64,000 bases of DNA, taken from Psammoneis japonica (taxonomy: Eukaryota). Made by a program: the position numbers and the translations under genes. Positions 49,939-61,005 of the stretch are shown here, piece after piece (position 1 is the stretch's first letter; every line of letters starts with the position of its first letter). The notes beneath the pieces are model-generated. The model did not search any database. It had not been told where the DNA came from and saw only the letters and a list, made by a program, of their open reading frames with translations. The stretch spans positions 1-64,000 of the forward strand of contig QPGO01000027.1 in NCBI GenBank assembly GCA_008632985.1, given 5' to 3'.

Positions 49939-50728
49939 CTACTGTAACCTACCATATGTCTTTCTAACATACGCTTCGTACTTGTCCCCATACTTTGTCT
50001 TCATGTGAGCCTCCGATTCTGGAGTTAGATCGACGACAAGAAGCCTACATACGAATACTGTCATTATACCCCAAATCACCGACCGAGTTGCCAGCGTAGC
50101 GGCGACCTCCTGTAAGAAATGCCCGGTATGGTTAATATAACGCGCCATCCCGAATAAACCCGTGGTATGGAGTTTACCCTTATTGATAGGTTTACGCTTG
50201 AACGCTAAACGCTGCAGCTCCGCACCCTGCTGAAGCACTCCCGCCAGCACGGCAATAGCCGCTGCTAGGTAGTCCAGTCCACTTAGCTCAGCTGGCAGTC
50301 CACCGTTCATTGTCGAGAGAATCACATACGGCCCAATGTGCAGCAAAATTAGATGGAGGAGACCAACAGCAATCGCTGTGCTCCATGGCATCGGCCCGCC
50401 ACCATTGATGGTGAATTGACCGACCGCCCAGCGAATTCCGTACAAAGTGCTCATTGCTGCATAAAGTTTGAGCCGATCGCCCTGAACGGGTGCAGTGTTA
50501 CAGCCAACGCCAAACGCATGGCAGAAGTACTGCACGAATCGTTCTCCTGCGTTATTATCGAGGAGGTAAAAGATAACTGGACCGATGAGAGAGTGGATTA
50601 TCGCTCCGGCGATCTTTGGGCCAGTGCTGAGTGAAGATCACTGGTGCTACGTGATTGGTTTGGCGGGGAAAGACGGTGACGCTGCTGCCAGTGGCAGATT
50701 CTTCCTTTGCTTTGGATGATGAGGGCAT
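49939..50728 (-). pseudogene. DUF1295/steroid 5-alpha-reductase-like membrane protein (copy B; not TpA-mutated, but carries a 7-nt insertion and a 22-nt deletion)
   Basis: AELQRLAFKRKPINKGKLHTTGLFGMARYINHTG and E.HMKTKYGDKYEAY. Indels were seen by alignment to copies A and C. Confidence 0.8.
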
Positions 50729-51446
50729 GATGATAAGACTTTGCTACCGCTCCCCTGCCGATTATCGCAGACACATCGTTCTCTCCCTCTCTCTCCTGCT
50801 AGTCTCTCGAATGATGATGTATGAAAATACTGTAATAAGATCGCGCTGCAGCCTGGCCGTCGCACACTGCGGCTGTCACAGCTAGTAGAGGGACCATCAG
50901 CACGGCATCTTCACTGCAGGGCCCTGGCCATGGAGAGTGGAGAGTGTTCTTAATGTTGCTGTTGTCAAAGTCTACAGTCTGTGTGCCAAGTCGATGCACA
51001 ACGGACATGAGTGAACACCATGATGAGCAATGTTTGACGGTCATGGATGAGACTTTCATTCTTGACTTTTCCACCTGAAAGTTTGAGCAATTGCCCAAAC
51101 AACTTGTGCCCACCATTTGCTCAAACTTGTGCAAGTTTGATCATCAGCGGATGGTGGAACGGCACTGTCGTGTGAAGAACGCAACTCTTGCACAGGTGTG
51201 ACTGCACAATTGGACCTCAATGGCCGGGGATTGAGCCAAACAAGGGTGGACTTGTGGAGTGGGCCTGGAGTTGGAGCGGGGCCCTGTTGCGACAAATTCA
51301 ATGGGAGGAGAGCCAAGGGTGGAGGAGGCAGCAACGTCCCCTGGTTCTTTGGATTCTCATCCCATTTGAGAATGTTCTTTGCCAGGAAAGTCATGCAGTT
51401 GTGATTGGAAGACCAGCGAGTTGGGAGGAAATGTTTGCCACACACA

Positions 51447-51707
51447 GCCTGTTCCAGCTCCAGGTGACCCGCTTTTCATCACGCAAGAGGCCGATTTTCT
51501 GCACAGTTTGGCACATTGAACTCCTTCAATTTTGATCGTTTCGAGAATTGAAAGGTGAGCGCACACCCAAAAATGCATGTGAAGTGTGCACTTGCCCTTC
51601 GATTTGGCAAAAAACGGATTTTGAAAAAGTTCAATGCGCCAAATGCACAAATTGCCAAATGATGGGAATCATCAAACCCGCACGGATCACCTGGAGCTGG
51701 AGCAGGC
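51447..51707. mobile_element. Foldback MITE, mutated
   Basis: TIR gcctgttccagctccaggtgacccg / cggatcacctggagctggagcaggc, plus an inner inverted pair ttggcacattgaact..tcaa / ttgaa..agttcaatgcgccaa. Related sequence at 53560-53850. Confidence 0.8.
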
Positions 51708-52033
51708 CACATGGGGCAATCATTTCCCACAGCAAAGGAGGGCACCATTGTTCAAGTTACAAAACGCGGTGAGATGGAGACACATGGGGAGAGCCGCATG
51801 GCAAAAACGACATGTGGCAGGTGACAAAATTGTGCTGGCTGAGTCAACTTGCATGTCAACATGCAAAATTGTGCCTTGGTTTAAAGTGCAACATTGGCTG
51901 TCTGCATGCCCACATGTGGCACTTGCATCAAGCAATCAACGACATGAGACAAATCCAACTTTTTGCAATGACGGAAATTTTGTCATGCCGGCGCACATCT
52001 TGGATCATTGCACAGCCAGATGGCCACAGCACA

Positions 52034-52068
<35 letters not shown>

Positions 52069-52159
52069 AGGTGCCACTGCCACTGCAAATGAAGTCTGCA
52101 GTTTTCAAAACCAGCTTGCCCTGCAAACCAACACAATGCGTGCGATGCGTGCCCAACCC

Positions 52160-52935
52160 ACCATGCTCCAGACACAAACTTGCAAGGTGTTTCTCTGATG
52201 TGTGCTGCTCACTTGCCCCCACACTGTGTCTTCATGTGAGCCTCCAATTCTGGAGTGACCCAAATCACTGACCATCGCTGACTGAGTTGCAAGTGCAGTG
52301 GCAGCCTCTTGTGAGAAATGCCCAGCATGGTTGACACAACATGCCATCCCAAACAAACCTGTGGCACGGAGTTTGCCCTTGTCAGTGGGTTCATGCTTGA
52401 ATGCCAAAAGCTGCAGCTTGCCCCCCTGCTGAAGCACTCCCACCAGCATGGCAAGAACAGCCACTGCTGGGCAGCCCAACCCACTTGGCCACTTGGTTCA
52501 GCAGGCAGTCCACCATTCATTGTCGAGTGAGTCACACACAGACCCATGTGCAGCAAAATGAAAAGGAGGAGACCAACAGCGATTGCCATGCTCCACAGCA
52601 TTGGCCCACCACCATTGATGGTGAATTGACTGACTGCCCAGCAACTTCTGCACAAAGTGCTTGCTGCTGCATGGGGAGTTTGAGTCGATCACCCTGAGTG
52701 GGTGTGGTGCCACAGACAGCACCAAATTTGCAGCAGAAGCACTGCACAAATCATTCTCTGATGTTGCTGTCAAGGAAACAAAGAGCAACTGTGCTGACAA
52801 GAGAGTGGGTTGCAACTCTTGCAAACTTTGGACCAGCAAAGATTGCTGGCACTGCATGGTTGGTTTGATGGGGAAAGACAGCAACAGCGCCGCCAGTGGC
52901 AGATTCTTTTTTTGCTTTGGATGATGAGAGCATGA
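52160..52935 (-). pseudogene. Hypermutated copy C of the DUF1295-like gene
   Basis: Colinear with 49950-50730: MARYINHTG->MACCVNHAG and KYGDK->QCGGK. Confidence 0.92.
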
Positions 52936-55249
52936 TGAGAAGAATTTTCTGCTGCTGGCACATGGCAGCACCTGTTGAGAAGCTCAAAACCAAAAGGAGG
53001 GCAGCTCCACAAGTGCACTTTTGTGGCCATTTGTGTGCCATTTTTCATGCGATGGCCTGATGTGTTGGAACACATGCATTCGCAACATCTTTTTCACTTC
53101 AAGCGCACTTCACAAAATGAGCACAGCAACATTTGGCAATCAGAGCAAATGGCGCATGTTGTTTGTTCAATCTTGAAGAGCTCAAATTTCTTGTTTTTGT
53201 CATGATGAAGTGCAAAGATTCAACACTGGCAAGGAGAAGGTGATGACAGAAGGCAACATCAAACATTGATGCCAGTCACAGTGCCATGTGCTTTGTTGAG
53301 CTCAAACAATGCTCATTGTCAACTTTTCAAATTTCCAAGTGGGGGGCATGGAGAGCCAAGAGAGCTGCACTCAAGGCCACAGCACAGGCTCTCTCTGTTG
53401 CTCAAAAAGGTACCGCTGCAAACACAACTTGCAGTCTTCAAAGCTGGTTTGGCACCTGAAAATGCAGCAGCCATGTGCAGTGTGTGAGCGCACCCAGCCC
53501 CTGCCATGCTCCCAGTGCAGAGTCATGAGGGGCTGTGTGTGGCACATCAGAGCTGGAGGCCAGCTCCAGCTCCAGGTCCAGATGGCATGCATGGGTGTGC
53601 GATCCACCAGTGGCCCAGCTTGCATTCTTTGGCACAACAAGTTCCTTCAAATTTTTGCTTTTTTTCCAGCTTTTTTCTAGAAACAAACTGAGGTGCAAGT
53701 GTGCACAAAACTCTCCTTTTTGTGTGCACTTGCATTTTGATTTTAGAACAAACAATCAACCAAAAACAAAAAAAGGCTTGTTGCGCCAAGTGCAGTTTTG
53801 AGAAATTGTCCTTGTTTGCATGAAAAAAGTGGTGAGCGCACACCCACTTTTTCATTTTTTGGAGGGTTGCTCATGGGCAAGCCAGTGCTTGCAGATGAAA
53901 GCACGCTTCCTTCTGGCAACAAGTGCCGTCCTCAGGCTGCATCATGTTTTTCAAGTGTTTCCAAACCCTCAGAAACTGCACCTTGAAATTGCACTCTGCC
54001 CTCTCTGGCAAGCACAAATGCACTCAAAACAGCTGTTTTTCACAGCGATGCTGACTCAATTTGTGCAAATCATGCAGTCTTTCCACTCAATTTCTTGCCT
54101 GCCTTTTCAATCAATGTTGTGTGGGCTTTGTCAGGCATTTTGTTTTGCAACAACAGCAGCAATGAGCCAAGCACCCCACTTCATTGAAATGCCCAGCTTT
54201 GTGTTGAAGAGATCAGCAGAGGCCACTCTTCACACAACATGCAGCCAGAGTTGGGCTCTTGGAAACAACCAAACAAGTGTGGTTTCTCCCGAGTCTCCAA
54301 GACAATCTTTGTTCTTTTTGCATGGACTTTTGAACAACTGGCAACATTGCCCAAGTGTCATTGCATGTGCGCACATCTTCCAGTGCAGTGCCTGACGACA
54401 GCGCAGCAAGGTGGCTTGCAGACACAAAGACCTTGAAGATCACCTGAATTTTTGGCTCCAGTGATGGCTCTCAACATCTCCAGCTGCCACCTGTGGTGCT
54501 TGTCTTTAACCTTTCCCCCTCTTCATCTGAAAATCTTCTTCATTCTTTTGCTGACTCTGTTGTGATGAAAGCTGGCAATGGCAAGCTTGGCTTTCACAGT
54601 GTGTCAACATGGCAGTGCAGCCCTGTGCAGTGCAAGTGCCAGCACAGCTCAGGAGCTGCCTTGTGCCAGCCAGCAGTGTGATCCAGCCGCAGCTTGAAAA
54701 GGTCTTTCTTTGCTTTGTCTTCTGGAAACTCTTCCTTTGAGTGCCCCATCAGAGTGCTGCTCTGCAAAAACATGCACACACCAGCACAGCTCAACCCCCT
54801 AAAATTCTTTTCATTGTCCTTGTCACTTGACAATGCTTGCACCAAGTGGTGGTTGTGCCACACCCCAAATGTCACTTCAAACAAAACTTGCAGTGGCAGT
54901 GCATTTGTGGGCTTGCACAGAGGCCAAGCTTGAGCAACAATGGCCTGTGCCCAAGGGCACAGAAGAGCTCAGTTGAGCACTCATCTTTGTTGGAAGGAAG
55001 CTTGGGAATGTTGTGACCCTTGCCAGTGGCATCTTCAGAATGACAGTGTTTTGTGACATCACAGCACCCGTTGTGCCAAGTGCAAATGCTGTTTTGACAA
55101 TTTTTTCATCAACTTTCCTTCTTGTGGCAAATTTTTTGTCAACCTTTTTCCTCCAAGCACCCTCTGAGATGATTGAAGGAGGCGGCAATTTTTTGTTTTG
55201 CACCAATTCTCTGCCAAAAGAGGAGGGTTGGTTGTGCACACAAACTGGG

Positions 55250-55645
55250 CAAACAAACCTTTTGACGCTAAAACTTCAAACTCCTCTCTTCTTTCCTGGC
55301 AGCTGCTGTTGTGCACAGCATTGCTGAAAGAAAGAGACAAAGTTTCTGCCATTTTTGAGTTGCAACAATCTAATGCTTCAGTGTCAGCAGCACTGTTCTC
55401 ATGAAATTGAAGCATTGCACTCTTCAAATGGCTGTCTTTAAAGCAGCCTTTGTGCAAACAAACCTTTTGACACCAAAATTTCAAACTCATTTCTTCTTTC
55501 GAGACAAAGTTTTCTTTAAATCATTGCCTGCCATTTTGGAGTTGCAACAATCCAAAGCTTCAGAGTTGGCAGTGCTCTTCTTGTTCAATTGAAGCATTGC
55601 ACTCTTCAAATGGTTGTCTTTGAAGCAGACTTTGGGGCCAAACAG
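55250..55645 (-). repeat. About 195-bp tandem duplication, apparently of coding origin
   Basis: Two copies reading (C)FKD[SN]HLKSAMLQ..EALDCCNSKMA. Confidence 0.75.
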
Positions 55646-55847
55646 CTCATCACAAAAATCATTGTCTTTCACTCTAATGTGTCTGAGTGAGAAACATTTT
55701 GCTTCAATGGTGCATTGCCAGGACAACTCAAGGGCTCATTGGAGTTGCCAGCTCCATTTTACAAAGTGCAACAGTGTTGTCTCAGTCATTTTCCACTGGC
55801 CTCTCTGCCTCCAATGACCGCTGAAACATTTTAAGCCAGGAAGGGCA

Positions 55848-56906
55848 TTGGCCAGCCATGTTGCCACATCTCTTGCCTTTTTGCCTTTGCTGCCAGCTGT
55901 GCTGAGAGAAGGTCACGCCGACACTCCATCACACCTGTCATCCAGACACTCAGATCCAAGCTTGGTGAGATGGAACCCTCCAGCAGGTGCTGCTTCTTGT
56001 CCGGGGTGGATCCACTGCAGCAACAATGTGAGACAGAGCACTGCTTTGTTTTTCTTGGACACAAAAACTGAAAGACCAAGCTCTGTTGCATTAAGTTGTC
56101 GGGGAGGTGCTGTCGCATTGGTGGGTGGGGAGATGATTGCGTTTGGTCAGCATCTTGCGGGTGCTTTTTTCTCGTTGGTGTCCATGATGTTTGGCTTGGC
56201 CTGCAGGTTTGCGCCCAAAAAGTCTGCACGACTCTTTTGTGGTTTCAACGACAAGGACAAGACAACACGAAGAATTTTAATTCGATTTGTTGGCTCTCTT
56301 GCTTGTGGAATCAGTTTGACTGCTGCGCTTGGCATTGCATCCGAAGTCAAGGCGCCAGGTCACCTTCCCGCGGTGCCTGAGATTCGACAAGCATTGGGAA
56401 TCGGCGTTCTTTCTCAAATTTTCTTTCCATCCCAGTGTCTCTTCATGGACCCACCTTCAAAGCTTCGATCAACCAAAATGGGTTTGAGTGTTGCTCTCAT
56501 TGAGAGTTTGCTTCTGGTGCTCAGTCTTTCAACTGGAAAGCTGTTGCCCGATCTGTTCATCACGTGCGATCTAGCCGCAGTGTCGTTCTTGAGCCTGTTG
56601 TCATTTTTCAAGCCAGCTGCTGTCTTTGAGGAAGACCAAACTCCATCTGCACATGAAAGCATGTTTGCTTGGCTTGCCGCTGCACGCAAATTGACACAGG
56701 CTGTCCTGTGGGCGTCCTTGTGGAATCCCAAAACAAACCCATTGCCGTCGGTTGCACTCGCTTCTTTGGCGTGGGTGGCAGCGTTGATTCACATTGCATT
56801 TATCGGAGGGGATGTAAAGGAATGTGGCGCTTCTGTTGTGGCCCACATGGCCATGATGGCATCCGGTTTGGTGGTTGCTGCGGGAGGTTTGCATCTGCTG
56901 GGATGA
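55848..56906 (+). pseudogene. Multi-pass membrane protein gene; frame open but Tyr-free, probably hypermutated
   Basis: 352-aa ORF with many hydrophobic helices, an RGG-type motif and no Tyr, inside domain 4. Confidence 0.55.
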
Positions 56907-57891
56907 AAAAAACAGGATGCTCTCCAGCTGGCAACAGTCGCTGCTCTTTAGACATGTCAATGCTTCCAAACATTGTCATGCTGTGTAAACAATCTAAATG
57001 CAACATTTCCTGCACTTGCTTCTTCGATCGATCGATCGCATCGGCAAATCTTCGATGCGTGCTGGAGTTTGCGATGAATTCACAAAACCCTTCATGGCAC
57101 AACCATCTAAATGACATCACGACCCGTCTGTTCTTCTGTCGAGGAGTTGCACGGTCGCGAAATGTTGGGATGTGCCCAACCACACGATGACCAAGATCAC
57201 ACAATCGGCAGCGAGTGCTGCGTTTGATTGCAGTGAAAGAGGGAGAGCAGGTGTGTGCCGAGTTCGAAGTCCCTGGTCAACGCACTCTTCAGGTGTCCTC
57301 CCATGAGATTTTCCTTCCAATCACCAAAGTCGTATCGCGCTTTGATGACACTGCTCCATGTGGACACTGGAAGCCACCGTCCTCGCACCTTGGGGTTCAC
57401 GCTGACGGCGCGGAAAGCTTTGAGGACGGTTTTGGGGTCGACCATGGTTCGTCACCTGGCTGGAACGACATGGCCAATCTGCAGATGTTTTTTGGATACA
57501 CCCATCTGGTTTTGGCTAGGTAACGATGACTGGGTTAGTCGAAAAACGGCGGCGGAGTGTGCATCATTGTGTCGCGTCTCTGGTGGCATTTTTGTCGTGC
57601 TTCCAGCACGGCGTGTTTCGCGTGGTGGAGCTTCTATTTGAGGATAAGTCGAAGTAATCATATTTTTTCTACCAGTGTTACGCATTTCTACGTTGAGCCA
57701 CAAGCGCGCGAACTAAGCTTGTACAAATCTAACATATAAAAGAAGCTCAGACACAGAATCAACCCAACACCACACACCCAACCCCACCGACAAGACAACC
57801 ACCCTGCTCAGCGATCTGTTCAACGCTCAACGCTCAACGCAGAATCAGAACGAACAAAATCAATCAGCAGCGCTGCTTTATTGCTCGGACC

Positions 57892-59064
57892 ATGGCGACA
57901 CCCGAAAGCCCTTCCACCCCTACAAGCAAGCCCCCCCAGAGCCTTTGCACTCCGCTGAGTAGGCTCCCATATGCATCACCTGTTTCGAGCCACAGCAGTT
58001 CGAGCAGCCGCATCTCAGATCGTGACGAAAAGGTCGGGAGTCCTGACGAGGTGGTGTTGAGTCATGGCGACAACAGGAAGTGTCGTGACGACGTGGTGAG
58101 GGAGGCAGCCCAAGCCCTCGTCAAAGCTGCAGACTTGTACAAACAACAAAATGAACAAGCCGTTCGGAAAAAGGAGAGCTTTGATGGCCTTGTCCAAGTG
58201 GACATTTCTAGTGGTGAATCTCTTACCATTGAAGAGCTTGGCGAAGCATGCGTTATTGCGAAGCGCAGCGTGGGAAAACTCAAGGTGCTTGCGTCATCTG
58301 GTCAAGTTTTTATTCGTCAAGTTGCATCCGGCTATGTACATGGGCAGGCAGCAGTTGAGGTGCTTGGAGAAATTCGTAATGCTACCGTGCCTTTTTCGGA
58401 TCCTCCAAGTGAATTCGTAGGCGTGGGGACCGATGGAATGTACGGCAATGACTTCATATCTGCGCCTGATGTCACCGTGCAGTCTCTCGGACTAGAAAAT
58501 GGGCAGCCTACGGGAGATTCGGAAGTTGGCCCACTCTTTTTTGCCGAGGTTGAGCACGGAAACCGCTCACTGCCGGAACTTATCCGTCACCTTGGTGTGC
58601 TTCTTGCGAACTATCCTAACCTCAATGGGGTGCTGGGAATCAAGGGCGAACATGATCGTAATGGCAACAGAGTCAATGCACTCATTATGATTGAATGGCG
58701 TGACATCACAGCTGGGGAACGTGAACCTCATGTGACTCACCTAGTCGACTTTGGACCGCATCCATACTCAGACACGAGAAAGAGAAACGTCAACAATGCG
58801 GTTACACTGCCGCTCCCCCCAATGGGTGAGGTGGCGCAGAGCGGAGTGCATGGTGCAGGAGCAGTGGATCATTTGCCTGAATGGATGCGGTTTCCTAACG
58901 GGATGGATGGGGGCAATCCGGCAACTATTCACATTTCGCCCACGCTGTTGCTCGCGGGTGCGCACTCTGTAGGCGACAATGGCACAGTCATTGACATTCC
59001 GGGGACTGCTCTTGGAGCTAACATCAATCTCGCACGCCTGGCTCGCATATATGGTAGAGGATAA
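57892..59064 (+). CDS. Uma2-like PD-(D/E)XK restriction-endonuclease-fold protein
   Basis: Intact 390-aa ORF with SGYVHGQAA, SAPDV and PLFFAEVEHGNRSLPEL. Confidence 0.6.
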   Translation: MATPESPSTPTSKPPQSLCTPLSRLPYASPVSSHSSSSSRISDRDEKVGSPDEVVLSHGDNRKCRDDVVREAAQALVKAADLYKQQNEQAVRKKESFDGLVQVDISSGESLTIEELGEACVIAKRSVGKLKVLASSGQVFIRQVASGYVHGQAAVEVLGEIRNATVPFSDPPSEFVGVGTDGMYGNDFISAPDVTVQSLGLENGQPTGDSEVGPLFFAEVEHGNRSLPELIRHLGVLLANYPNLNGVLGIKGEHDRNGNRVNALIMIEWRDITAGEREPHVTHLVDFGPHPYSDTRKRNVNNAVTLPLPPMGEVAQSGVHGAGAVDHLPEWMRFPNGMDGGNPATIHISPTLLLAGAHSVGDNGTVIDIPGTALGANINLARLARIYGRG

Positions 59065-59180
59065 TAGGTGCTTTGGGGCTAAGAAGCTGTTGGGAGTGCA
59101 CTTTGTAGTCAACATTGCTGTGCAGCATTTAGAAAAAGTGTGAGCAAAAATCCCATGTGTAATGCAGTGGGGCGGATCCT

Positions 59181-59620
59181 CTAGCATCTAATCCTTTTCA
59201 GAACAACAACATAACAGCTGGGCACCACGGTGGGCGTGACGGCATCAACCCGAAATCCACAACTTCTGACAAACTTGTCCCACTCTGCAGCTGTTCGAGC
59301 GCCTTCTCGTCCCACCACCAGCATCAACAGAGTGTCTGCTGGGAACGGCAACTGGCTTGTTCTGTCTTTGTCTGACTTGGTTGTGTTTGTCAGAGCTGCT
59401 TCAGCAACAACAACTGGTCCATCCTCCAGCAACACCGAGTGGCGCGTTTGCAAGATTTGTTTGGAGTTTTCCTCACCCCAGTCATTGCACAGAACAACAA
59501 TGTGTGTCACAAAGATGGCTTCACACGATGGAATCATTGACAATTCTGACACAGGCCCCTCCCTGAAACAAAGCTCACCATGTCTTCATTGGTGGAGTCA
59601 ATCACACAAAAAGACTGGTG
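59181..59620 (-). pseudogene. O-methyltransferase (Methyltransf_2) C-terminal remnant
   Basis: IFVTHIVVL(C)NDWGEENSKQIL and DTLLML..GREGARTAAEWDKF..GFRV. Confidence 0.7.
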
Positions 59621-60774
59621 CACACAGCCAGGAGTCTTGCTGCCACTTGTGCTTCACCATCTTTGATTGACTTTTTGTGAAAACTTGATGCTTCTGATTG
59701 GTTGGCTCACCGTGCCCTCTGCAGTGCAACAAGCCTTGGTGCTTCCTTGTGCTGAGTTCTGCAGTGTCAACACCACACAGCGTGGCTCCTCTTGGGCCCT
59801 TGGCGCTCTCTGAAGAAGTGCTCCAGCTGTCTCCACCTCGAAGCTGAGCCGGTCATGAAAAATTTGCCCAACTTTTGTTGGCTGGGGGCAGCTTCATCCT
59901 CCATCTTGACAATGATGTGCCCACTGCCCCCAAGATCCATCAAGGGCTCCAGTGCCCACAGCCCTCCAGCCATGCCCTGCCCCTCCCAGCCCCGGTGACT
60001 CTGCTGGCCTCGCGCACCCGCGCCACCCATCAGAGCCTGCAACACCCCAACAAATGTGCGTGCTGCTTGGTTTTGTTTTCAAATTTTTTTGTGGCCAATT
60101 GTCAATTTTTTTGCAAAGATGTCAACATTTTTTTGGTGCCACAATGGAGCATTGTTGACGTTTGGAAACAGTTTCTGCTGGACCCTCACACGTGGTGCAA
60201 CAAAGAGAATCTTGCTGATCAAGACACGCCTTTTGAAATGTGCCGCGAGAAGGGAAGTGGCAACAAGTGTTTTGTGGCCGGCAAGTGGTGCAAGGCGACT
60301 CACAAAGCTTGAATGATGGATCCTTCCACTGAGATGCTGGAGTGCATTGTGGCCCACGTCGACAAGACTGGCCGGACAGCTGGAGTGGGTCTCTTGTGCA
60401 GTGAACCCATCGTTGCCACCTCTGCTCATGTGGCATTTGGAAAATGGTCCAACAACAACACATGGAAGCCACTGGGTCATGTCCCTGACCTTGAGAAAAT
60501 TTCGTTGTCTGCCGCAAAGAGGCTTTCTAGCCAGCACAAAGGAGAAAAGGGTCGCCCTCTCAGGGGTCACCACAAGTGCCTTTGATCCATCCTGGAGCCA
60601 CTTCATGATGCAGTGCAAAAGGGTGGATTCAATGCCTGTGTCCAAAGAGGGGACGAGATCCGTTTTCTCAAAAAGTTGCCCCCACCGTTTGTCTCATCAC
60701 AGGAGGTGGAAAGACACTTTGCTTGAAGAAGGGGCACATCATCACCCCGGAAAACCTTTGCACCAGTCCGCTCT

Positions 60775-61005
60775 TGCAGCTTGGCCACAAATGGTTTGCC
60801 CCTCAACGAGGGTTGTTGAATGGGTGCTGCTTCTTGGGACCGACCACCTCTGTCTCATGGGGAAACAATCAAAACGTCAACTGCAGGAGTGCAGCTTGGC
60901 CACAAATGGTTTGCCTCAACGAGGGTTGTTGAATGGATGCTGCTTCTTGGGACCGACCACCTCTGTCTCATGGGAAAACAACCAAAAAGTCAACTGCAGG
61001 AGTGC
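60775..61005 (+). repeat. About 115-bp tandem duplication
   Basis: tgcagcttggccacaaatggtttgcc..cttcttgggaccgaccacctctgtctcatggg..gtcaactgcaggagtgc occurs twice. Confidence 0.9.

Larger units (their letters stand above)
50890..57600. other. TpA-depleted hypermutated domain 4
   Basis: TpA is rare; contains mutated gene copies and MITEs. Confidence 0.85.
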
